Assembly: GCA_035221665.1 (NCBI GenBank)
Contig: CM069140.1
Span: 41,974,001-42,038,000 of the forward strand
DNA length: 64,000 bases
Direction of reading: 5' to 3'
From: Okamejei kenojei
Lineage: Eukaryota
The notes beneath the pieces are model-generated. The model ran no database searches. It had not been told where the DNA came from and saw only the letters and a list, made by a program, of their open reading frames with translations. The position numbers and the translations under genes were made by a program. The first letter of the stretch is position 1. Every line of letters begins with the position of its first letter. Shown piece by piece: positions 1-11,790 of the stretch.

Positions 1-621
1 TCACCAGCTCACTCTGCTATTCCAGTTTATCTGCTCCTCTTTCATTTGTGCCTTCGGGGCATAAGCATTAGTTAGAACGCCATACCTAAGATAAGCTTAG
101 TATCCTGCCTTACATGGATGTGCTATTCAATCACACAAATGCATCAATTACACTGTACAAATCTTCTGTGGTTAAGTATTTGTGTGCTTAATTGTATTGA
201 GAATTAGCAATGAGTGGCAAATGAAGGAATCAAAAGGAGAATTGATAATCAGACAGGGATCTAGAAATGCTGCTTTAGTCCATCCATCTAATACTAATGA
301 GATAGTGCAAGGCTGGAGCAGTAACTTCTCAATCTTACTCCCTTACACAACATTTCTAAGGATATTGAAGGATAGTGCTGTTTAAATAGCAGTAAATCCA
401 GGAACTCTGTATAGGGGCTGTCAAAAGTGAAAACCCAGTACTTGTTCATGGTTATGGAATGCTGAATGGCGCATTCCGTGTTCAGCATCTTGTTGATATT
501 CCTCTGCATAACATCGGGAGATCCCACTGATGTTATGGGGTTTTTTTGGACAGTGGATTGAGAGACATTTGTTATCTGTTATGCTTTAGTGTTTTTAATT
601 ATTTGCTTTAGTATTTTAGTT

Positions 622-742
622 GAAGGATTATTTGCGAAGGCAGGGGAATGGGTTGAGAGAGAAAGATGGATCAGCCATGATTGAATGGCGGAGTAGACTT
701 GATGAGCCAAATGGCCTAATCCTGCTCCCAGAACTTATGAAC
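622..742 (+). mobile_element. CR1 LINE 3' terminal fragment
   Basis: Contains GATCAGCCATGATTGAATGGCGGAGTAGAC...TGGCCTAATCCTGCTCC and a TTATGAAC tail. The same 3' UTR follows CR1 RT-coding sequence elsewhere in the window (e.g. 44600-44740). Confidence 0.75.
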
Positions 743-934
743 TTTATTTTTTAATATTTTTTAAATTTACATGTAAAAGTATTTAATAAATGTAATTATT
801 TTAAAATATTTGTTTAAATTTTAATAGTTATAAAAAACTGAATATCAAAGATATTTAAAAACTATTAAAAAAAAAACATTTGCAGCTTTTCCATCTACAA
901 AAGGTGGGTGGGGGAAGATAATCTTGGTGGGTGG

Positions 935-1072
935 GCAAAGGGTGTCAGAGGTTATAGGGAGAAGGCAGGAGAGTGGGGTTAGGAGGGAGTGATAGATCAG
1001 CCATGATTGAATGGCACAGTAGACTAGATGGGCCGAATGGGCTAAATCTACTCTTATCACTTCTGATCTTCT
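935..1072 (+). mobile_element. CR1 LINE 3' terminal fragment
   Basis: GGTTATAGGGAGAAGGCAGG (GYxEKAG, end of ORF2) followed by the GATCAGCCATGATTGAATGG...GATGGGCCGAATGG 3' UTR. Confidence 0.75.
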
Positions 1073-2147
1073 AATCTGCATACTTTGCAGCTGTCAAAAC
1101 TTTCAACTTGGTTTCATGCAGCTTCTCACAGCAGCATTAGTGGCCTTGTCACTGCACTGGGCGTACTGCTGGAGTCCACAACTCTCTGGGAGATAAGCAG
1201 GCCTCCACTCCTGACTCAGGTAAGTCCAGGCATCAAAGGAAAGCAGCGGTGATTCCAGTATGCTGGACAAAGCAGCAAGATCTGAGAGCTAACTAACGCA
1301 TTTCTTGCTTTACAAAGCAGTTCTTCACAAATGTGCACCATGGATTGTAAATCATTTTGTGTGTTTCTCAAAGGGATGTGGATCATGCAATTCATTCTTT
1401 CAATAAATATCCCTTTAATTAAAGCAGTGAAACTTCTAAACAATATATTTTCTTCAGATTTTAATGTGTTAAAAGCACATCCTGTTACAACTTTAAAGCA
1501 TCGAATCACATTTGCCTCAATCATGTTTTTAGTTACAGATAAAATATTCCAAATTAATATAATTGATAATTATCCAAATAATGGGCAAAGAAAATCTGAG
1601 CAACTGGAATGATTGCTCTTTCTAAATATTTCCTGAGAGGACTTCCCTTGTCTGAACTTGTTAAACTATAGAAATACCCAAATTTCAGATGCGCTTCTGG
1701 CATTACCTGTTCAGACCGCTTTTAGACTGTGAGTTCAGAGAACAATGGAGGCATTGTAACCTTTGTAGCATCCCTTCCAGATTTTTCCACTGTTCCATAA
1801 GCTTTGTTTTGGTGCTGATTAACCTCAGATGCTTAAGTTAAATCCATCCCTGGCGTGTGATTCCAGTTAGATCCTTCCCTGCTCTGGCACGAACATGAAG
1901 TCTACTTATACACTGTATTCAGAAGACACACATCAGATATTGAAGTAGGGCTTGGATTCCTTTCATGATTTGAGTCCCAACTTTGTTATGGAGATTTGGT
2001 TTGAACCCATGCACCAAGATAATCTGTTGTGTCTTTGAATGTTGTGCAGCTGTAGATTGTTCATTCTTGCAGCAGGTGGTGTGGTTGCTTCATATTTTTT
2101 TTTTAACTTTTGAGGATCTTTGCAAACAGTTCCAGTCTCCGATCTGC

Positions 2148-2428
2148 ATAACCATATAACCATATAACCATATAACAATTACAGCACGGAGACAGGCCCT
2201 CTCGGCCCTTCCAGTCCGTGCCGACCATTTGTTTTCCCCTAGTCCCATCTACCTGCACTCAGACCATACCCCTCCATTCCCTTCACGTCCATATACCTAT
2301 CCACTTTATTTTTAAATGTTAAAATCGATCCTGCCTCCACCACCTCTGCTGGAAGCTCATTCCACACAGCCACCACCCTCTGAGTAAAGAAGTTCCCCCT
2401 CACGTTACCCCTAAACTTCTGTCCCTAA
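2148..2428 (-). mobile_element. Young CR1 LINE, 5'-truncated, (ATATGGTT)n tail
   Basis: Near-identical to the 3' ends of the copies at 22755-23284 and 55229-55912. (AACCATAT)n tail visible on the + strand. Confidence 0.9.
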
Positions 2429-3035
2429 GAAAGAATGCTACATAATTCATGACTTTAGTTAACTGATCTTTTTACAAAATATGTTCAATCATCTCTCTTT
2501 CTTGTTCAGTTTCCTGCAAATTTCTTCATATTGTTGCCAATTTCCCCACTACCTGACCAATGAAAACATTCACGTTGTGTGTGTCCGCACAGTGAGCACA
2601 GGAATTCATGGGCGGAAGTCCCGGGGGGGGAGGGACATGCGTCTCTCCCATGTATTGAGAGGTGGGGGACAATCCCCCCCAATGTTATGTAATTCGGATT
2701 TTGAAATTTGGTGAAAAAAATCTATTAAAATCTCCACTTTCCGCGAGACAGTGGGGGTGTCACTGTTAAGCACTTGTCAAATGTATTAACACGATGTGTC
2801 ACCAATTGTGTTTTGACCTTCAAGTATTACTGAAGATATTCACGGAGAATAGATGTCTGATACAGGGACAATTACCATTTAAACTAATTGAATGTATTGG
2901 TGGATGGGAAAGATTTAAATGGGTATTAGATTTATACGGGTCAGGTCATTAAGGGCTCCGGCCGAACGGGTTTCCTGGCTGGCTTGCAGGTAAGTCCCTC
3001 ATTCATGGTCACTCACGTTATTTAGTATGTTTTTC

Positions 3036-3038
<3 letters not shown>

Positions 3039-3078
<40 letters not shown>
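3039..3078. repeat. (TC)20 microsatellite
   Basis: Directly visible. Confidence 0.97.
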
Positions 3079-3080
<2 letters not shown>

Positions 3081-3465
3081 CCTTCCAAGGTTGGTTCTTC
3101 TGTTTGCCTTTATTTGCTTCAGTTTTATTTGTTTAAGTAATATTTATCACATTGTAGCTTTTGAAAGATTCAAGTGGGTATCAGACGCTTTCTAAAGACT
3201 GAATCAGCCCGTTCGCGGGGCCTTTTTATCGCCCGGCGCGGCTTAAAATCAAACTGCTACATCGAGGCGATCGAGGCTCCTGATTTTGAAGCTCCCGCTG
3301 GCCGATTTTAAGCCGCGCCGGGCGATTAAAGGCCCCGCAAACGGGCCGATTCAAGCCCCACGATTCTGGGCGGACGAAGCTGCTGTTGCTGGAGTTCGCA
3401 GTCGGTCGCCAACCAGGTCAGCTCCCAATGTTACCGTCCACGGAGCCTACGGTCGAGGCCTCACA

Positions 3466-3491
<26 letters not shown>
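3466..3491. repeat. (TG)13 microsatellite
   Basis: Directly visible. Confidence 0.95.
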
Positions 3492-3496
<5 letters not shown>

Positions 3497-3534
3497 GCGC
3501 ACATGCGGCCACTAAGAACATGACCCCCCCAGAT

Positions 3535-3740
3535 TCTCCGGTTTCCTTCCAAATCCCAAAGATATTTGAATTGGTAGGTCAATTCTCTGCTGTAAATCAC
3601 TCCTAGTGTGCATGTGAGTGGTAGAATCTTTGAGTAGACAATGTGAGTGTGGAGAGATTAAATTAAATTGGAATTGTGTAAGTGGGTGTGTGATGGTCAG
3701 CATGGACGGTAGTGCCTGTCTCCATGCTCTCTGACACTAT
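3535..3740 (+). mobile_element. HE1-like SINE, 3' part (degenerate)
   Basis: CTCCGGTTTCCTTCCAAATCCCAAAGA...GTAGGTCAATT...CTAGTGTG core resembling the full-length SINE at 36578, with a CR1-like tail. Confidence 0.65.
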
Positions 3741-3794
3741 CAGGTCAGGAACAGTAGCCCAACTTTCTTTCATTCAGCAAGACTAATATCTAAT

Positions 3795-4030
3795 ATTCAT
3801 TACTAGTTGCCCTTGAGAAGGCGGTTGTGAGCTGCCTTCTTGAATCGCTATGGTCTATGTGGTCTAAGAGTGTTTCCGTGAGCTGTTGAACACCAATGTT
3901 TCAATCTAGGCCAGAGGAAGCAATAACAATATCCTTTCACATCTGGCAGAGTGAACCTGGAGGTGGTGGTATTCCCATGCATCTTGTTCTGCCCTTATCC
4001 TTAAGCGGCTGAGGCTGTGGGTTTGGGTTG
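3795..4030 (-). mobile_element. Old LINE (CR1/L2-clade) 3' region fragment
   Basis: TTGCCCTTGAGAAGGCGGTTGTGAGCTGCCTTCTTGAA...GGTGGTGGTATTCCCATGCATC resembles a common elasmobranch interspersed repeat (from memory, unverified). Confidence 0.45.
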
Positions 4031-5294
4031 GATCTGCTCATGTAGTTCTTCCTCAACATTGTACTAACGTGTCAAAGTGGGTCATTTTCTCAGATGCCAA
4101 ATTGCAGCCAGAATGTTTAAACTTCTGACTCAGTGAAAAACGCAAACAATTTCCTCATTTTGACCAAAATCACAACTAATTCTGGTCCTGATGGCATCAT
4201 CATGTCCCCGAATATATATATATATATAAGAAGGACCCTGATGAAGGTAGTTAGTTGTACCACCTGCTTGGGGTAGGAAGAAATTGCTAACTTTGGGGTA
4301 TGTTAATAACTACACATTAATTGTTAGCTTAACTGGTTCCACCCAAATAATGGGATTAAGATGGGCCCAGTGGTAAATAATCAAATAATTCAGAAAAATA
4401 GCAATTAAATATAAATTATTAGAATAAAACACGGTGGCCAAACAATTCCTTCTTCCCCTTTGCAGTTTTTATCGTAAAAATATTTAAAGTTTCTTGTGCT
4501 CTTAAGGAATATTATCTACCAATTTCTTAGATCTGGTGTGTACAGAATAGGATGCAAGCAAAAGGAATACTGCCAAACTCTTCACCACAAGTTCAACACC
4601 TAGTTAATCACCACTAATGAACAAGCATAACGTAAAAAGACTGTGGCACAACTTCCTTAAAATACCATTCAACGTGGCTTGACATGTGCAATACCACCAT
4701 ATGTTATGTAGACTTGCTCACACTTCTGACCCATTGGCAGATTTTGAACTTGTTCCTTAAATATCACACCTTTTTTGGAACTCATGCATTTTAAAAGCAT
4801 TTCAGATTTCAAAAATAACTTGGCCCTGGCCAGTGAACATTTCATCAATGTGAATGGATTTAATGAAACATTCAAACATTAAGTTAGTATCAGATTGAAA
4901 ATGGCACAATGCAAGAGAAGGAATTTCTGTACAATTACACTGGATTTTACAGCTCAGTTCTCCCAACATCAGTTTAAGCGATGCAGAAGATTGCAGAATT
5001 TTAAGTGCAAATGGTACAAATTGAATTTCCCAAATTTTTTGATGAAGGTAAAAATCAATAATTTCCTCGGGATAAATTATCAGCACTGTGAATTTTGTTA
5101 ATTGTCGCCATTGGCACACCTTTAATGAGTCTGCAAAAGAATTTGGAGATGAGGTTGTGGGAAGTACTTTGTTTAATATATTTCAGAGGAAATAACTACT
5201 GCAGTGTCACTGTAATACAAATGAACATAAAACATAAAATCGATTTTCATAATATTTAACGATTTTCTGAAAATTACTTCCCATCCAAACTATC

Positions 5295-6000
5295 CCCTCC
5301 CAAGGTACTTTCCCCTACAACACCTGTCCCTGTACCTCCTCCCTCAACCATACAAGGACCCCGATAGTCGTTTCAGGTGAGGCAGTGATTCACCTGCACC
5401 TGATCTATCCACTGCCCCAGGTGTGGACTCCTGTTTACCTGCGAGACCAATCGCAGGCTCGGCGATCCTTTCGCTGAACACTTCTGCTCAGTCTGCCTCG
5501 GCCTACATGATCTTCCAGTTGCTGAACACTTTAACTCCCCCTCCCATTCCCACACCAACCTTTCTGTCCTGGGCCTCCTCCACTGTCAGAGTGAGGCCCA
5601 ATGCAAATTGGTGGATAGCACCTCATATTTCGCTTGAGCAACTTACAGCCCAGCAGTATGACTATTGATTTCTCTAACTTCAAGTAACCTTTGTTTTCCC
5701 TCTCTCTCCACCCACTCCCACCCTAGTTCTTTGACTAGTTTCACTATCCTTCTGATTAATTTCACTGATTGTGTGCCTCCTTGTCACCTTCCCCTCAGCT
5801 AACAATGAACCATTCTACATTTCCTTATCATCGTCTGCTTAGATCTGATGTTTTCACACTTTACTCCTCCATATTTCTAGATTCCCTCTCTCCTGACTCT
5901 CAGTCTGAAGAAAGGTTTCATCCCGAAACTTCACCAATTTCTTCTCTCCAGAGATGCTACCTGTCCCATTCAGTTACTCCAGCATTTTGTCTTTCTTCAA
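5295..6000 (+). mobile_element. Penelope-like element 3' part: degenerate GIY-YIG endonuclease plus pseudo-LTR
   Basis: Frameshifted translation GTFP...FQVRQxFTCT...CPRCGLLFTCETNRRLGDPFAEHFCSV...LPVAEHFNSPSHSHTNLSVLGLLHCQSE...HLIFRLSNLQPSSMTIDFSNF matches the PLE GIY-YIG C-terminus. Ends in the CTGAAGA...GAAAC pLTR motif. Confidence 0.85.
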
Positions 6001-6299
6001 TAAATTAAAATTATGTTTTCTAACAGCTGTTAGATTAAAATTGTTTTATTTTAATAAACCCGCTTCCAGGTGGATTTAACCAAACTTTTATGAAACCACG
6101 GCTCTTAAGTATATCAAGGTAAATTCTCTAAAAGCAACCTTCCATTATTACCTCTACTTCCTACCACCAAACTAATAGTTTTTCCATGATCATGTATCTT
6201 GCGACAAGAAAATGTAAAAAAGATGTAATATATTTTTATGAATAAACCTGAATTCCCATAATAAGAAGCCGGTCAGAAAGGAGATGGTATGGGAGTGAC

Positions 6300-6368
6300 C
6301 AAGATTGGATCGAAGGGCCGAATGGCCTACTCCTGCACCTATTGTCTATTGTCTATTGTTTATTGTAT
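6300..6368 (+). mobile_element. CR1 3' tail fragment
   Basis: GAAGGGCCGAATGGCCTACTCCTGCACCTATTGTCTATTG, essentially the same as the tail of the CR1 at 28098-28940. Confidence 0.75.
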
Positions 6369-7146
6369 GAAGAGAATGATGTGCCACCTGGGCCTTTCCA
6401 TATCTACAGTTTCTGTCTTCTATTGGACTGCCTCATCTTTTCCAGCACCTTCCCAGAGGTAATTAATGAGTCAAATGCATTTTTACCAGGCAGAGCACTA
6501 AATAACAATCAAGAAAGAGGAAAAGAAAACCTAAGTTCATCCTAAAGTGATTTACAGTTGATAAAATATTGAAGTTTAGTCACTGTCACGATGAACATAA
6601 AAGCCAAGAGTGGAAAGTGAAGAATCTGCCAAGCTCTATGGACCTTTGAGCTCTTTGAGTCCTTCGGGAGAACAATGATGTTGAAGTATTAGCCTCAAAT
6701 AGCAGTGGCCTCAGTTTCTAAACATGAAGCTGGGGTGCTAAATTTCTAAGTCTTGTACTATCCTTATCTGCATGGAGCTTCTCATGATAATGTGGGAGAA
6801 GTGGTATCACAGGACATTTCCAGAGCACCAGGGCATCAAAGGCATTTGTGGTGTCCAACACTGTTGTAATTAGTATTTTTGGACTCAGAATACTTTCAGT
6901 GTTCTGACTATTTACTCAATAATAATTACACTGACCATTATCAGAGTGCATGTCTTGTCAGGATGATTGCTGTCAGGAAAACCATCCTTATTGTTCCTTA
7001 CTGTCATCTCCAATATTTGAAAGGAGTAAGACTTAATATCACCTTAAAAAGCAGGCAAATATCCACCAAAGTTGATCCCTTTCAGACTGTTCATTTCCAG
7101 AAGCAAAGGTTATTTTTTGTCCTGAGATTAGTGTAATAGTCATCAG

Positions 7147-8170
7147 TAGGTATGTTACAAAACTTACCTTCAGCGGTGCTGCAGTTCTGTCACTGGCCGT
7201 GTGCGCGACCTTGGCGCCTTTGAGGGGGAGGGGCGGGGTTAAATTGCGGTTTTCTCCTGCCTGCAGGAGATATATTTTCTCGGGGTGCGAGCTTTTGTTG
7301 AAGATTTGTTCCGACTGCCGGTCCGTGAATTTTTTTTTTAAATCGCCCAATAATTTCAGTGCTGGAGTAAAATAAAAATTAGCTTCTAATGCCGTGAACG
7401 CCGATAACGGGGACGGATTTCACGTACAGGACAGGTAAATGAAAGCTGTTTATTTTACATATAAACGTGCTTCTTAGGATGCCTTTTATCCAAATTTCAT
7501 GTTGCGAAAAGTGATTTAGGCCCCATACGAACCGGCAGTATTTTCCCTGCTGATATGGGGTTTAAATTCACCGCAACCGCAACCTTCCAATCGATCGCGT
7601 TCCACAAAATCCCACTCACAAGATGATTTAAATGCCCATTAATATACGGGAATGAAACATTCAATTCCTTCCATTTGGCCTATAAATTCATGACAATGAG
7701 ATTTAAAAATCATGTTATATTGTGAATTCTTGTGTGAATGTTATTTGGACACTTAGGTTATTTAAAAATGTTAATCTTTTCTTAATAATGGATAGATGTT
7801 TAGATCTAGTAATTGAATTTTGTAATTAGCTACAATTGGGTAACTAACTAAATATATGCTTTAATTTCAGGTCATCCAAGTATGTTTCATATTTGTTTCA
7901 GAATGCTTTAATCTATAATAACTGAACATTTTCAGTTTTCTTAATTTTTAATAAAGTTATGGACTTTTAACTGTCCTCGATCACAGCTTTTGTGTTAGTC
8001 AATGGAAAAGCAATAGGGTACAAGATGCTTCTGAGTATGAAAATGGCCAAAACTTTTATAATACTGAAGATATGAAAGTGAATTAGGTGTCAAATTAAAC
8101 TTTATTTTTATGCTTTATCTGATGGGATAAATTGCAGACTTGATTTTTAAAATCTCAAAATTTTGTAACA
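7147..8170. mobile_element. Non-autonomous DNA transposon with terminal inverted repeats
   Basis: TGTTACAAAA (7153-7162) and TTTTGTAACA (8161-8170) are reverse complements. CpG-rich left half, AT-rich right half. The left end starts TAGG, so Academ is possible but unverified. Confidence 0.6.
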
Positions 8171-8985
8171 GGTCCTTCAACACAACTCGTCCATGTTAAT
8201 CAAGATGGCCCATCTAAGCTAGCCCCATCTGCCTGCATTTGGTCCATATCCCTCTAAACCTGTCCTATCCATGTACCTCTTAAATGTTGTTATTATACCT
8301 GCTTCAACTACCTCCTCTAGCAGCTCATTCCATGTATCACCATCCTCTGTGTGGAAAAAGTTGCCCCTCAGGTTCATATTACATCTTTTCAGCTCTGACC
8401 TTAAACCCATGTCCTGTGATTCTTGATTCCCCTACCCTGAGTAAAAGACTCTATGCACTCACCCTATCAATTCCTGTCCTGATTTTTTACACCTCTATTA
8501 GATCAGCTCTCAGCTTCCAGCACTCCAAGCAATAAAGTCCGAGCTTGCCTAATTTCTCCCTGTAGCTCAGGCCCTCAAATCTTTGCAAAACTCTCGTAAA
8601 TCTTCCAAATGTGTCCTCGCCAATGTCTCGTACAACAGTAACATAATTTCCCAACTTCAAAACTCAATACCCTGACTAATGAAAGCCAATATACCAAAAG
8701 CCTTCTTAACCACCCTATCTGCCTGTGACGCCACTTTCAGGAAATGTGTAATGGTACTCAATCACGCTGTCTACTACACTCCCTAGGGCCACATCATTCA
8801 TTGTGAAAATCTGCCCTGATTGGACTTCCCGAAATACAACACCTCACATTTATCTGCATTAATCTCCATTACCCATTCTTCATCCCACTTGCCCAGATGA
8901 TCGAGATCCTGCTGTAATTTTTGATAACAAGCTTCCCTGTCTACCTTACCACCTACTTTGGTGCCATCTGCAAACTTACTCATTC
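8168..8985 (-). mobile_element. CR1 LINE, 5'-truncated, degenerate RT C-terminus
   Basis: ORFs give SKFADGTKVGGKVD...WVMEINADKCEVLYFG and LRGNFFH...WNELLEEVVEAG...GYGPNAGRW. Confidence 0.9.
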
Positions 8986-9389
8986 TTGGGGAATCTTCCA
9001 AAGCCCCAAACAATGAACAGAATATCAATTGAAGGAAGAAGTACACCTGAAGCTCAAATGTGAAATGATGGTAGTAGAAAACGATTATATCGTGTTTACT
9101 TATTGGCATCTTTGACATGCTGTTCTGGAAGGTCAGCATGAGTTAACCAAAATGAGCATCAAATTAATTTCTAAATTGCTTGCAATTTTGAGGAGTTAAG
9201 TCCTGCAGTGAATTCTACAATTCCAATCTTAATCATGCCAGAGTATTTCGCGATGTAAGTGAGTAGAGGACAAAATACAGAGCGATTTTAATTGGTGTAA
9301 TAGTTTTAATTTATTAAAAGTTGTCTCCGTTTATTCTTTGGTTGCAGGGTAATGGCTGTCCTTAAGTAAGAAACAGTTTATGCCAGAAA

Positions 9390-9575
9390 CACATAGCAGG
9401 TCACGTAGCATCTCAGAGAGAGAAAAACAGAGTCAACTGTTCAGATCAATTGTAAGGTCATTGACTCCAATGTATTAATTCTGTATCTTGTCCACTAATG
9501 CTGTCTACCCTACTGATGATTTCCAGAATTTTCAATTTTTGTTTCCGGATTTTCACCATCTACAATATTTTTGCC
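9390..9575. mobile_element. Old PLE-derived inverted (head-to-head) pLTR element
   Basis: GCAGGTCACGTAGCATCTC...GAGTCAAC followed by a degenerate reverse-complement arm (ATGCTGTCTACCCTACTGA). Same architecture as 31020-31215. Confidence 0.5.
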
Positions 9576-9736
9576 TTGTGATGGCTTTTCTTTCTATGCA
9601 TTCTCTACTTACGGGGATGGAAATCTGTCCTCAGCATCTACACTATTACTAACTTCAACTTCCACAAGTCTGCATTACATAATTTGAAGCAATCTCTAAT
9701 CATTCTTGATTCTCTATCCAGGATGTATCTATATTC

Positions 9737-10050
9737 AGTTTCTTTTAGTTTCGACATACAGTGCAGAAACAGGCCCTTCGGCCCACCGAGTCCGTGCCGA
9801 CCAGCGATCCCCATACACCAGCACTATCCTATACACTAGGGACAATTTACAATTTTTACCGAAGCCAATTAACCTTCAAACCTGTACGTCGCTGTGCAAG
9901 GGAACCAGGGAACCAGAGCACCCAGGCCAAACCTACATGGTCACGGGGAAGACATACAAACTCCATACAGACAGGCACCCATAGTTAGGATCGAACCCGG
10001 GTCTCTGGCGCTGTAAGGCATCTACTCTACCGATGTGACACCATGCCGCC
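9737..10050 (-). mobile_element. Full-length HE1-like tRNA-derived SINE
   Basis: Minus strand starts GGGCGGCATGGTG, has B box GGTTCGATCC, the V-type core, and CR1-like tail GGGCCGAAGGGCCTGTTTC. Confidence 0.9.
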
Positions 10051-10380
10051 CTCATCTTGCCAATACCTCAAACAAAATCTGCTTTCCACATTTTCATACT
10101 TCTTGGAATCTCATGGGCCTGTCTGTACCTTTCTCCTTTCTATTTGTGAGTGCTTCACTATAAACCATAACTTTGATGCATAGTGCTGACCACCAATCCA
10201 CCAAAACTAAAGTGTACATATAGGAACTGCAGATGTTGGTGTACAAAAATAGCCAATGTTGGCTGCCACGAACAATCCTAGTTCTCCCTGTAGATCAAGA
10301 CTTTAGGCCTGCAGACAACTGTTATGTATCTCCAATTGACTTAAAATAAATAGGCAGGGAGAGTAATGACACTCTTTAAT

Positions 10381-10508
10381 AGAATCATGGAGTTATACAG
10401 TGTGGAAACAGGCCCTTCAGCCCAACCTGCCCACACTGGCCAACATGACCCAGCTACACTAGTCCCACCTGCCTGTGTTGGGTCCATGTACCTCCAAACT
10501 TGTCCTAT
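10381..10508 (-). mobile_element. CR1 3' tail fragment
   Basis: Minus-strand GGGCTGAAGGGCCTGTTTCCACACTGTAT tail and xYxPxAGRWD-like ORF end. Confidence 0.75.
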
Positions 10509-10771
10509 CACAAACAATCTCCCAGAAATACTAGGGGACCGAGGATCTAGTGGGAGGGAGGAACTGAAGGTAATCCACATTAGTCAGGAAATGGTGTTAC
10601 GTAAACTGCTGGGACTGAAGGCAAATAAATCCCCAGGGCCTGATTGTCAGCACCCCAGAGTACTCAAGGAGGAAGGCCCCAGAAATTGTGGATGCTTTGG
10701 TTAGCATTTTCCAATGTTCTATAGACTCTGGGTCAGTTCATGTGGACTGGAGCTAATGTAACCCCACTTTA
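10509..10771 (+). mobile_element. CR1 ORF2 internal fragment (linker upstream of RT)
   Basis: TNNLPEILGDRGSSGREELKVIHISQEMVLRKLLGLKANKSPGPDxxHPRVLKE...DW...ANVTPL motifs. Confidence 0.85.
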
Positions 10772-10790
10772 ACTTGCTTTTTCAGTACCG

Positions 10791-11790
10791 TAGAAACATA
10801 GAAACATAGAAATTAGGTGCAGGAGGAGGCCATTCGGTCAATATGATCATGGCTGATCATCCAACTCAGTATCCAGTACCTGCCTTCTCTCCATACCCTC
10901 TGATCCCCTTAGCCACAAGGGCCACATCTAACTCCCTCTTAAATATAGCCAATGAACTGGCCTCCACTACCCTCTGTGGCAGAGAGTTCCAGAGACCCAC
11001 CACTCTCTGTGTGAAAAATGTCCTTCTCATCTCGGTCCTAAAGGATTTCCCCCTTATCCTTAAGCTGTGACCCATTGTCCTGGACCTCCCCAACATTGGG
11101 AACAATCTTCCTGCATCTAGCCTGCCCTTAAGAATTTTGTAAGTTTCTATAAGATCCCCTCTCAACCTCCTAAATTCTAGAGAGTATAAACCGAGTCTAT
11201 CCAGTCTTTCTTCATAAGACAGTCCTGACATCCCAGGAATCGGTCTGGTGAACCTTCTCTGCACTCCCTCTATGGCAATAATGTCCTTCCTCAGATTTGG
11301 AGAACAGAACTGTACGCAATACACCAGGTGTGGTCTCACCAAGACCCTGTACAACTGAAGTAGAATCTCCCTGCTCCTATACTCAAATCCTTTTGCTATG
11401 AAAGCTAACATACCATTCGCTTTCTTCACTGCCTGCTGCACCTGCATGCCTACTTTCAATGACTGGTATACCATGACACCCAGGTCGCACTGCATCTCCC
11501 CTTTTCCTAATCGGCCACCATTTAGATAATAGTCTGCTTTCCTGTTTTTCCCACCAAAGTGGATAACCTCACATTTATCCACATTATACTGCATCTGCCA
11601 AACATTTGCCCACTCACCCAGCCTATCCAAGTCACCTTGCAGTCTCCTAGCATCCTCCTCACAGCTAACACTGCCCCCCAGCTTAGTGTCATCCGCAAAC
11701 TTGGAGATATTGCCTTCAATTCCCTCATCCAGATCATTAATGTATATTGTAAATAGCTGGGGTCCCAGCACTGAGCCTTGCGGTACCCCA
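10791..11790 (-). mobile_element. Young CR1 LINE, 5'-truncated, with uninterrupted 301-aa RT C-terminal ORF (10866-11771)
   Basis: GVPQGSVLGPQLFTIYINDLD...SKFADDTKLGG RT motifs, native stop after GYGEKAGTGY, and a (TTTCTATG)n tail. Confidence 0.95.

Larger units (their letters stand above)
2607..3531. mobile_element. Non-autonomous DNA transposon/MITE-like element, right terminus missing
   Basis: Abrupt GC/CpG-rich segment starting CATGGGCGGAAGTCC with G/C-run subterminal motifs. Contains an internal 50-bp inverted repeat, (TC)n and (TG)n, and shares an internal segment with the element at 63237. Superfamily not established. Confidence 0.5.

Noticed and set aside
507-547. Rho-independent terminator
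   Set aside because: The sequence is eukaryotic. It is kept only as an unexplained structured motif.
10866-11771. 301-aa RT ORF as a functional gene
   Set aside because: It begins mid-RT at the truncation point with no ATG or promoter. Its intactness reflects youth.
10509-11790. Twin-priming inversion of one CR1
   Set aside because: The + strand ORF2 fragment lies beyond the 3' tail of the minus copy, not at its 5' end, so these are separate insertions.
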